Below, in pieces: positions 28,696 through 36,928 of a stretch of DNA of 64,000 nucleotides (positions are counted from its first letter, which is position 1; each line of letters opens with the position of its first letter). Where the stretch lies: the IMG/VR virus record IMGVR_UViG_3300014205_000022, positions 2,193-66,192 of that record, one strand, 5' to 3'. Source of the DNA: a virus (lineage: Duplodnaviria > Caudoviricetes). The notes below the pieces were generated by a model. It was not told the origin of the DNA. It saw nothing but the letters and a program-made list of their open reading frames with translations, and made no database searches. The position numbers and the translations under genes are program-made.

Positions 28696-29458
28696 CTTCT
28701 CCAGTGTAATCGACTGTGCTGAAGAATCGAACTCGTGTAACGAGTCGTACGATGACGAGCGGGGTATTCTTAAAGCCTCTGTGCAGCTGAGATGCGCGTG
28801 GAGCGACCGTCACCTTCTTGTTGCCGACATCTGTGGCAATCGTCTTGCATGGCCTAAGGGCGCTGCAGGGCAAGTGCCGCTTGCAGCGACTGCTGCGATC
28901 GTACCAGTTGAGACACCTGGGTCTCCGTCGGCGTCTGGTCAAGAAATGCTGTACGGTGAGGCTCTTGTCACGATTAACTACACGACTGAAATCGTTGACA
29001 TCGTATCTGAGTCCATTGAGCCGTATGCTGAGTTCATCACTCTTGATCACAAGTGGTTTAGGTGGGGTGCAGCAGACGGTGATGTTCTTCGTGAAGAGGA
29101 AGCACCAGGCAAGCTCGTTCGAGGTATTAACTTCGTGCGGACGGAGTTGAACAAGACGAGTGTCGCCGCTGCCCTTATCACGTTGATTGGTCATGTGAAT
29201 AACGCTACAGTTGTTGGTAGCATCATCAACTTCTCATATCCCGCAGAGACGCTTCTGTTTGCGCCTCCGAGTATTTCATACAAGAAAGATTCGACAGGTG
29301 TAACGAAGTTCGACATCACAAAGAAGTTCACGTACAACGAACATGGATGGAACAAGTTCTATCGGTCGAACACCGCAGCGTGGACGAGCATCTATGTTGC
29401 TGGTGGTGCCGAATATAAGAACTATCCAGTCACTGATCTCTCTGGCCTGTTTGCTTAA
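28688..29458 (+). CDS. Distal tail / tail tip protein
   Basis: Immediately follows the tape measure gene; beta-rich. Confidence 0.55.
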   Translation: MANFSSVIDCAEESNSCNESYDDERGILKASVQLRCAWSDRHLLVADICGNRLAWPKGAAGQVPLAATAAIVPVETPGSPSASGQEMLYGEALVTINYTTEIVDIVSESIEPYAEFITLDHKWFRWGAADGDVLREEEAPGKLVRGINFVRTELNKTSVAAALITLIGHVNNATVVGSIINFSYPAETLLFAPPSISYKKDSTGVTKFDITKKFTYNEHGWNKFYRSNTAAWTSIYVAGGAEYKNYPVTDLSGLFA

Positions 29459-30501
29459 TGCCCAACAACTTCAGAGACTTCCCGCACGTCAACCCAAGGT
29501 CAATCGTAAGAGGTTGGCGCGGCGAGCTTGTGAATGCAGTTTTTGATGCTGTTAGGTTTCGTGACGTTCCACAAGGTCCGCACGGTCGTGGAGATCGCTC
29601 TGGTAATCAGACCCGTCCTCGTCCGTATGCCAAGGATCATCTGTCTTGGCATCGCTGTATAAGCAGTGATAATGTAGACCCATTTTCAATTGTTGAGGTC
29701 TATGATTCAACTGTAGATGCTACTGGTCCTCTTCTTAAAGTGAACATTGAGGGGACTGGAACGGGGTCTGGAACAGCGACGACGTCGATCACTGAAAAGC
29801 TTTATGCGGGCAACGAACAATACACTCTTATTCGTGGAAAGCCCGGATGGGTTAAGCTTATTACTCCATATGAACCAGTCTTGGTTCGTGCATCGTTGGA
29901 CACGCAGTTCTATGATGACCTTGAGATAGACGGATCTGCTGTAACACCGGGCGCGGCAACAGGTCTTATAGCGCTTTCACCGCGAAATAGTGAAGAGCGA
30001 TGCTATGTTCTGTATCAACCAATCGCTAAGACAGCGCGCTTTAAGATCACACAGACCGGTGTTGGAACTGGAACTGGGTCGACCGATAGCACAGAGGCCG
30101 TGTATAGGACGTCCCATCCGGCTGGTGTATATGCGCAACGAGTGGATGAGTTAGACGCGCCAAACGGTATTGATGAACTGATTTACGCAGACTTCGTTCG
30201 TGGAGTCTACATCACAGGCGACGTAGTCTGGTGTGAATATCGTAATAGTGAATGGCAGATACGAGACGACGGAACTCTGTTATGGAAAGCTACTGCTATT
30301 GTGGACGTTGTTAGCGGTGGCCCAGGACTTGTGCGGTTGCACCATGCGAATTCGGTGGCATGTGCTGTTCAGGCAAGTACTTTTGACAGCACAGACTCAA
30401 TAACAACAGGCACTGACTGTTTGGTTACGTGGATGGACGGATCGCAGCAGTTTTACGCCTTGCCAGTTACCTGCCCGGCGTCAGCAGTAGAATATGCCTA
30501 A
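29458..30501 (+). CDS. Tail tip/baseplate-associated protein with two GTGTGS tracts
   Basis: Position in the tail module; contains EGTGTGSGT and VGTGTGST. Confidence 0.55.
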   Translation: MPNNFRDFPHVNPRSIVRGWRGELVNAVFDAVRFRDVPQGPHGRGDRSGNQTRPRPYAKDHLSWHRCISSDNVDPFSIVEVYDSTVDATGPLLKVNIEGTGTGSGTATTSITEKLYAGNEQYTLIRGKPGWVKLITPYEPVLVRASLDTQFYDDLEIDGSAVTPGAATGLIALSPRNSEERCYVLYQPIAKTARFKITQTGVGTGTGSTDSTEAVYRTSHPAGVYAQRVDELDAPNGIDELIYADFVRGVYITGDVVWCEYRNSEWQIRDDGTLLWKATAIVDVVSGGPGLVRLHHANSVACAVQASTFDSTDSITTGTDCLVTWMDGSQQFYALPVTCPASAVEYA

Positions 30502-32150
30502 TGCCAAAGATTGGTAAACTACGATGTGGCTGTGACTGTAAGAACCAGACCGAACTGGTGGAGCAGGGCTATGTTGGAACGGGGACCGCCCTAGCTGATG
30601 CGCCCTGCTGCGATGCGTACCCGAACGGAACGCCCTGCCGATATGCGATCATCTTTGAATGCGGACACGACTGGCCATTGATGGTCCAGTCGTCTTGTCT
30701 AACCGGAGGCACGGAAATCGGGGGACTGATTTACGTCCCCTACGGGGTTCTCTTGAACGAGAATCTTGAAGGGCTGTGCCAAGCCCCCACCCCACTCGGG
30801 TTAACCTTCCCGGTTATGGAAGTCTTGAGAGACTGCCCGAGCGATATCACGGGTGAGTGTATCTACACCAACCGGCTCTACTACAACTTCATCAAGCCAA
30901 GCGGGTTTGAAACCCACATGGCAACGTCGTACCTAATCGACCGGGGTGCAGATGCGGAGAACATCAAGTTCCCTCCCTATCGTCTCAACGCCGGGGCAGT
31001 CGAGTATACGAAAGCGAGATACGGACGGGGCTTTGCTGATCCGAACCGCGGACCTGACATTGACGACGACGCTTGTTACCATCCATATGATTTGGGGTTC
31101 GAGTATTCAACGCTCTGGGAGTTGAAGATCGCTGCTTCTCCCGTTTCTCTTGAATGGGTTTATGACGACGTCTTGAATGCGATGCCACAGTTTGCGGAAA
31201 CAGGTACTGGGTCTGGGCCTAATCCCCACCGCCCGAGGTATGAAGCCGTTGATACCTGGAACCTTTGGGGACGTAACACGATGGTGTTAACGAATCCCGA
31301 GGACTGGCCCGCTCTTCCTAAGTCGATCTGCGTTGTTCCCGAAAGCTATGGCGGAATCGTCAACCAGTGCACCTCACACGAACAGCAATGCACCTGCTGC
31401 GACATCGGCGAAGCTACCGGAGTTATCTGGCCAACTATCACAGGCTGTGACAAGCTCAACGGCACATACACAGGTGTTAGTCAACGATACGTTGACGGGG
31501 ACACTCTGCCGCCCGGCGTAACGATGCCGGGAGATGCGCCGTGTGGGTTCTTCTGGAGCTTAATCGGACCGGATGACGAGTGCGACATTAGTGGGACGAC
31601 CTGGTCATCAACAATCGGATTGATGACTTACTGCGATGGAACAACTCAGCACGTCGTGCCCTACTGTTACAACGTCGATACGAGCCAGTTCGTTGAGCAG
31701 ACCGAAGCGACCGTTACCGTCCAGGAGTGTACGTGTCAGGGTCTCTACTTTGAGTTTGAACTCTCGTCAGACCTTGACTGTTGCTGCCCCCCGATAGTTC
31801 CGGCCTGCAACTGCGACGAAACATGCCTGACTGTCACGTACAGTAGTACCGTGCTGACGTCATTCTTCGATCCACCATGCGTAGTTCCAGGAAGGACTGT
31901 GGTGCTGAACGGCTCCCCAGAGGGATGTGCTTGGTCTGAGTTGCCCGCGTTCTCTTCGATCTTTCAGGTCGGCGTCGGACCTACGACTTATTTCGAGATG
32001 CAGATCTCGTTTCAAGGTTCTGGGTGCAGCTTCTCTCCTCGCTATCGTCGAGAAAATTCCCTGGGATGCGTTGGGGTCTACACGCTGAGCAACCACGCCG
32101 GAGCAACCGGAGGTCTTCCAGCAACTCTCACGGTGAGTGCTTGCCCATGA
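30501..32150 (+). CDS. Cys-rich putative receptor-binding/tail fibre protein
   Basis: ATG at 30501; many Cys pairs (CGCDC, PCCD, CTCCD, DCCCPP); last gene of the tail module. Confidence 0.55.
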   Translation: MPKIGKLRCGCDCKNQTELVEQGYVGTGTALADAPCCDAYPNGTPCRYAIIFECGHDWPLMVQSSCLTGGTEIGGLIYVPYGVLLNENLEGLCQAPTPLGLTFPVMEVLRDCPSDITGECIYTNRLYYNFIKPSGFETHMATSYLIDRGADAENIKFPPYRLNAGAVEYTKARYGRGFADPNRGPDIDDDACYHPYDLGFEYSTLWELKIAASPVSLEWVYDDVLNAMPQFAETGTGSGPNPHRPRYEAVDTWNLWGRNTMVLTNPEDWPALPKSICVVPESYGGIVNQCTSHEQQCTCCDIGEATGVIWPTITGCDKLNGTYTGVSQRYVDGDTLPPGVTMPGDAPCGFFWSLIGPDDECDISGTTWSSTIGLMTYCDGTTQHVVPYCYNVDTSQFVEQTEATVTVQECTCQGLYFEFELSSDLDCCCPPIVPACNCDETCLTVTYSSTVLTSFFDPPCVVPGRTVVLNGSPEGCAWSELPAFSSIFQVGVGPTTYFEMQISFQGSGCSFSPRYRRENSLGCVGVYTLSNHAGATGGLPATLTVSACP

Positions 32151-33235
32151 ACATTCTCTCTCAATACCCACGGCTGAAGAAAATCTCTGGTCCGCCGCAA
32201 CTGGGCGAGCAGAGCAAGATTCTGCAGTCGAAAGTAGCAAGCTACGGACCCGGAACCGAACTCAAGAAACTGCTGCAGGAACTTGGTATCTCGATGAAGT
32301 CATCTTGTGGTTGCGAAAGTCGTGCAACACAGATGAATATCTGGGGTGTGAAAGGCTGTCGTAATCATCTTGAAGAAATCGTTGTATGGATTAAGAGCGC
32401 GTCTAACGAAGTAAGCGTCTTTGACAAAGTAATGGCCGGGTGGAATGCGCTAAAATTGCGAATCCCGCTTGACCCGCTTGACCCGTTTAGAAGCATAGTT
32501 CTTATCGCCATAAGCAGGGCAGAGAAAGCGAGTGTAAAAACTATGGAGTGGTCGTATGGTGTTACCACTGTTCCAAGTCGTCTTAACACCACGCTACCTG
32601 TCACTCTGGAGTCTCTTAAGCTGGCAGGCTTTGAGACCCCACGCTTATTCATCGATGATTGTGAAGACGCATCTGAATTCAAAAAACTAGACCTGCCTAT
32701 CACATCACACTGGCCACGTATGCATGTGAACGGCAACTGGATTCTTTCCGTCATTGAGCTGTATCTGCGCCAGCCTGAGGCACAACGATACGCTATCTTT
32801 CAGGACGACTTTGTTACGTACCGAAATCTTCGTCAATATCTTGAACAAGTTCCGTACCCTGAGAACGGGTATTGTAACTTGTACACAGTTCCACGGTATG
32901 AGAGAGCGGGTGCTCAACACAAAGGCTGGTTTAAAGCGATTCCGCAGTACGGTATTGGGGCCGTGGCACTGGTGTTCACTCGTGACGCAGTCAAGGCGCT
33001 GTTTGATAATCGTCATATGATAGACAAGATGCATGGACCAGACCCTGTTAAGAGAATCAAATCAGTGGATGGCGGCATTGTGTCTGCGATGAACAAGTCT
33101 GGATGGTATGAGTATGTTCATATGCCATCATTGGTTCAACACATCGGTGATGTTAGTGCAGCAGGCAATGATCAAAGTAAGAAACCACGATCGTTTCGTG
33201 GTGAGTCATATGACGCGCTGGAGATGCTCAGGTGA
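32147..33235 (+). CDS. Glycosyltransferase (GT-A-like) with N-terminal Cys-containing domain
   Basis: YAIFQDD (DxD-like) and PSLVQHIGDVS motifs; N-terminal GPGTELKKLL...CGCESRA..MN.WG..GC domain. Confidence 0.7.
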   Translation: MNILSQYPRLKKISGPPQLGEQSKILQSKVASYGPGTELKKLLQELGISMKSSCGCESRATQMNIWGVKGCRNHLEEIVVWIKSASNEVSVFDKVMAGWNALKLRIPLDPLDPFRSIVLIAISRAEKASVKTMEWSYGVTTVPSRLNTTLPVTLESLKLAGFETPRLFIDDCEDASEFKKLDLPITSHWPRMHVNGNWILSVIELYLRQPEAQRYAIFQDDFVTYRNLRQYLEQVPYPENGYCNLYTVPRYERAGAQHKGWFKAIPQYGIGAVALVFTRDAVKALFDNRHMIDKMHGPDPVKRIKSVDGGIVSAMNKSGWYEYVHMPSLVQHIGDVSAAGNDQSKKPRSFRGESYDALEMLR

Positions 33236-34170
33236 ACGAACAGCAGTGTATCAGTAAGATGATTGCGCCTGGAACGCCTCGTAGAGGCAAGTGGCGACAA
33301 GGCGTGATCCAGATCAGGATCATTCGATCATGTGATATGGCGTGCTTTGGCTGCACTCAAGCCAGTCAGATATCTGGTTCGCCAGAGCGAATGACTGTTG
33401 ACCAGTTTGAAGTCGCCGTGAAATCGCTCGCCGGATACTTCGGTGTTGTTGGTGTGTTTGGCGGCAATCCCGCCGCGCACCCGCAGTTCAACGAGATCTG
33501 TGAGGTTCTTAAAGCACACGTACCATTTGTTCAACGTGGATTGTGGTGTAACAATCCGCTAGGCAAAGGTAAAGTAATGGCAGAGACATTCAACCCTATG
33601 CACTCGAATTTGAATGTGCATATGAATCAATCTGCGTTCGATGAGTTCAAGCGAGACTGGCCAGAATCACGACCAGTTGGTTTGGAAGGTGCGTCGCGTC
33701 ATTCACCAGTTCACGGGTCGATGGTTGATCTTGGTGTCTCTGAACCAGAACGCTGGGAACGCATTTCGAAGTGTGATATCAATCAGCACTGGTCGGCGAT
33801 CATCGCAGCCGTCAACGGCAGCATCAAAGCGTATGCTTGCGAGATCATGGCGTCTCAAGCATTCCTACGCCGTAATGGCCCAACGTTTGTTGACACGGGT
33901 ATGCCCGTTGAATCGGGTTGGTGGAAGCTGCCTATGTCGGCGTTTGCTGATCAGGTAAGAACCAATTGCCATCACTGCTTGGTCCCTATGCGTGGATATG
34001 GCGAGCTTGATACCGCCGGGGCAGACGGTGTTGATCGAACCACAACGATGTACGCGCTGGATTTCAAGCCGAAGAAACAGCGCGTTGTTGAAGTGATGAC
34101 GCATGTTGACCAGCTGCAGGTCGATAAGCTTAAGACAACAGTAGACTACATCGGGAATGCCAGCAAATGA
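33232..34170 (+). CDS. Radical SAM enzyme
   Basis: CDMACFGC (CxxxCxxC), FGGNP, and extra C-terminal cysteines that may form an auxiliary cluster site. Confidence 0.85.
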   Translation: MNEQQCISKMIAPGTPRRGKWRQGVIQIRIIRSCDMACFGCTQASQISGSPERMTVDQFEVAVKSLAGYFGVVGVFGGNPAAHPQFNEICEVLKAHVPFVQRGLWCNNPLGKGKVMAETFNPMHSNLNVHMNQSAFDEFKRDWPESRPVGLEGASRHSPVHGSMVDLGVSEPERWERISKCDINQHWSAIIAAVNGSIKAYACEIMASQAFLRRNGPTFVDTGMPVESGWWKLPMSAFADQVRTNCHHCLVPMRGYGELDTAGADGVDRTTTMYALDFKPKKQRVVEVMTHVDQLQVDKLKTTVDYIGNASK

Positions 34171-34733
34171 GCGAGCTGTTTAAGCAGTGGCCAACAACGT
34201 TAGGTCGTCAAGCTCTTGCTGGTATTTGCCGTGAACGTGGCTTGACGAAGACGGCAGTAGAAATTGGCGTATGGCGAGGCGACTTCTCTCGCCCGTTCTT
34301 TGACGAATGGGACGGTGAGAAGATGTATCTTATTGACCCGTGGCAACCACCGGCCGGTTATGTAGACATCAGAGCGGATGAGCACGATCCGTCTGATTAT
34401 CAATACGTGATGGATCGGTTCATAGGGTTTCAAGAGCGCGTTAACATCCTCAAGACGACCAGTAAGCTCGCCTTGCGACACGGATTCGTTCCAAACGACT
34501 TAAGCTTTGTCTACATTGATGGTGATCACAGCTTTAATGCTGTTCTGTTTGACATGATCAACTGGTACGAGAAGCTGGCGCCTGGCGGCATATTGGCTGG
34601 TCATGACCTATTCGCCCCAGAGCTTTGTGGTGTAACGAATGCAGTGGTCGAGTTCGCCAGACTGCACAACGAGATCGACAGCGTACACGTCATAGCTGAT
34701 AACTATGACTCCTGGTTTGTAATTAAGCCGTAG
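34167..34733 (+). CDS. Class I SAM methyltransferase (Methyltransf_24-like)
   Basis: VEIGVWRG, YLIDPW, FVYIDGDHS and LAPGGILAGHD. Confidence 0.88.
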   Translation: MSELFKQWPTTLGRQALAGICRERGLTKTAVEIGVWRGDFSRPFFDEWDGEKMYLIDPWQPPAGYVDIRADEHDPSDYQYVMDRFIGFQERVNILKTTSKLALRHGFVPNDLSFVYIDGDHSFNAVLFDMINWYEKLAPGGILAGHDLFAPELCGVTNAVVEFARLHNEIDSVHVIADNYDSWFVIKP

Positions 34734-34742
34734 GTAGTAATC

Positions 34743-35384
34743 ATGACAGATGTCGTTGACTGGTCGTTGCGTACGTGGAAAGAGCGCCATGATAAAGGCT
34801 ACTTTCCTAACTCTCAAGAGCACGCCAACTGGTATGTGTATGACGCTGTTCCAGACTGGTTGATTGAGCATGGTGAACTCAACAACAAATGTAATGCTCT
34901 TGAAATCGGGTGCGGTTACGGTCAGTGGATGATCCCGCTGTCAAAGCATGTTGGGCATGTCAGCGGATTCGATATTCATGCGGCTCCGATTGCAAAAGCC
35001 ATCGAGAAGTTCAATGCGCATGGCGTATTCAATGCGTCTGTCGGACTAGGGCACGGCGATACGATTCAGTATCCAAGCGGCGTGTTTGATCTTGTGTATT
35101 CGATCAGCGTGTTTCAGCACTTGCCACGACCGATGGTATTGAGCTATCTCAAAGAGTCAAAGCGAGTTCTGGTTGATAATGGAGTCGCCGTTCACCACTT
35201 TAGGAACGCTGATAACGTTGGGCCGTATCCCAAACCAGCAGACGACATCGTCGTTAACCATACGGGTGATTTCTCCTGCGGTTGGACTACACAGCAGATC
35301 ATTGATGCAGCTGGTGAAGCTGGATTCACTCACTGCAAGGTCATCGACTTAGGGCTGTTTCTTGTTCTTGTGGCGGACAAATAA
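34743..35384 (+). CDS. Class I SAM methyltransferase (Methyltransf_11-like)
   Basis: ALEIGCGYG, SGFDI, FDLVYSISVFQHL and LVDNG. Confidence 0.88.
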   Translation: MTDVVDWSLRTWKERHDKGYFPNSQEHANWYVYDAVPDWLIEHGELNNKCNALEIGCGYGQWMIPLSKHVGHVSGFDIHAAPIAKAIEKFNAHGVFNASVGLGHGDTIQYPSGVFDLVYSISVFQHLPRPMVLSYLKESKRVLVDNGVAVHHFRNADNVGPYPKPADDIVVNHTGDFSCGWTTQQIIDAAGEAGFTHCKVIDLGLFLVLVADK

Positions 35385-35397
35385 CAGTAGGAACAGT

Positions 35398-36159
35398 ATG
35401 AAGCTCTCAGTTCTCATGCCCGCGCTGGAATCTCGCCCGTGGGCTAAGATGGCAAATCATGTACGCCAGATGGCGAGTGATTTCCCAGGTGACGTCGAAT
35501 TCATTATGGATCTCGACAACGGTAAAGCCACAAGTGGCGTTAAGCGACAGAGGCTGACTGATCGTGCGCAAGGCGAGTACGTCTGCTTTGTTGACGACGA
35601 CGATAGTCTGTCTGATGATTACGTCGGCGAACTGATGCGTGGTTGCTATGAAGGGGTTGATGTTGTATCATTCGATCTTTCATTGACATCTACGCGTCGT
35701 CGAGGTGTTGTAGAGAAGTGGTCGTTCGGCATGCAAGCAAACGATCGCAAGCATGGTAAGATGTGCGTTAACCATCTTTGCGCATGGCGAACCAGTATCG
35801 CTAGGTTGGTTCGCTGGTGCCCTGTTCTCGGCTATGCAGATGACCGTGTATGGTTTGAGCCGCTGTTCCACTCTGGCTCCGTGAAGACGCATTATCACGT
35901 TGACAAGGTCCTGTATAGGTATCTGTTCAACGACGCATTGACGCAGAACCAGACAACAAAGCGCGTTCAAGCAACGAAGGACTATATCAAAGATGGCCTT
36001 CGTTGTTTCTTTGATAGGCAAACACGAGAAATTCTTATCGAAGCCGGGTGGCAAAGGCGCGATACTGGTCGTGTTGTTGTACGCGGGCCGCATCCAACAG
36101 ACACACCGATGCGTAACCTAGACGAACTGGAACAGTTCCATGTTATCACGATGGCATGA
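35398..36159 (+). CDS. Glycosyltransferase family 2-like
   Basis: KLSVLMP, GEYVCFVDDDD and GYADD. Confidence 0.85.
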   Translation: MKLSVLMPALESRPWAKMANHVRQMASDFPGDVEFIMDLDNGKATSGVKRQRLTDRAQGEYVCFVDDDDSLSDDYVGELMRGCYEGVDVVSFDLSLTSTRRRGVVEKWSFGMQANDRKHGKMCVNHLCAWRTSIARLVRWCPVLGYADDRVWFEPLFHSGSVKTHYHVDKVLYRYLFNDALTQNQTTKRVQATKDYIKDGLRCFFDRQTREILIEAGWQRRDTGRVVVRGPHPTDTPMRNLDELEQFHVITMA

Positions 36160-36880
36160 AGTTGATAAGACAGCAGTGATCGTGTGTGTCGAGTATTCAG
36201 ACTTGCTTATGGCGACGTTGAACTACAACCGTCATCACTTCAGTCGAGTGTTGGTTGTCACAACGCCTCAAGATGTCGCCACTCACGCGGTGTGCAAGAG
36301 TCTTGATGCTGAGATCTTTCAGACGACGTCATTCTATGATAACGGCGCCAAATTCGCCAAGTACCGGGCGCTTGAGAAAGGGCTCGATGCTGCTGGTCGG
36401 TCAGGCTGGATAGTTCTTATCGACGCAGACGTATTGTGGCCATCACAGATTCCAGACTGGCCAATGTGCAAGGAACATCTTTACACACCGTTGAGAAACA
36501 ACTTCGTTCAGTTCAACGGCGATGTCCCGCCAGAGGCAGAGTGGTCAAAGTTTCCCAAGCACCCGTGGGACAAAGAGTTCAGCGGTCACACTCAAATCTT
36601 TCATTCAGACTGTAGCGTGCTTGGGCCTGCACCTTGGCATGATGTAAGCTGGAAACACGCAGGTGGTGGTGACAGCGAGTTTCAAGCTAAGTGGAATGAA
36701 CTCAATCGAGTGCGACCGCCGTTCACGTGCTTGCATCTTGGTCAACCCGGGCAATGGACTGGTCGAGTGACAGAGATTAACGGCGAGACACCTGCACAAG
36801 CGAAAGAGCGCCGTGAAGCACTTGAGCAGTTTATGCGCACACGAAGAAAAACGCGTTCATACGAACATGAGAAAGAGTAA
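36140..36880 (+). CDS. Glycosyltransferase (GT-A fold)
   Basis: VIVCVEYSDLL, WIVLIDADV (DxD), GGGDSEF and CLHLG. Confidence 0.75.
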   Translation: MLSRWHEVDKTAVIVCVEYSDLLMATLNYNRHHFSRVLVVTTPQDVATHAVCKSLDAEIFQTTSFYDNGAKFAKYRALEKGLDAAGRSGWIVLIDADVLWPSQIPDWPMCKEHLYTPLRNNFVQFNGDVPPEAEWSKFPKHPWDKEFSGHTQIFHSDCSVLGPAPWHDVSWKHAGGGDSEFQAKWNELNRVRPPFTCLHLGQPGQWTGRVTEINGETPAQAKERREALEQFMRTRRKTRSYEHEKE

Positions 36881-36928
36881 TCGGGTATAAAGACTGCACA
36901 GCAGTTAGACAGTAAATCACAGGAGACA

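Noticed and set aside
14916-32150. Diversity-generating retroelement targeting the fibre genes
   Set aside because: No reverse transcriptase ORF, and no TR/VR pair with A-specific mismatches noticed by eye. A self dot-plot would be needed to exclude it fully.
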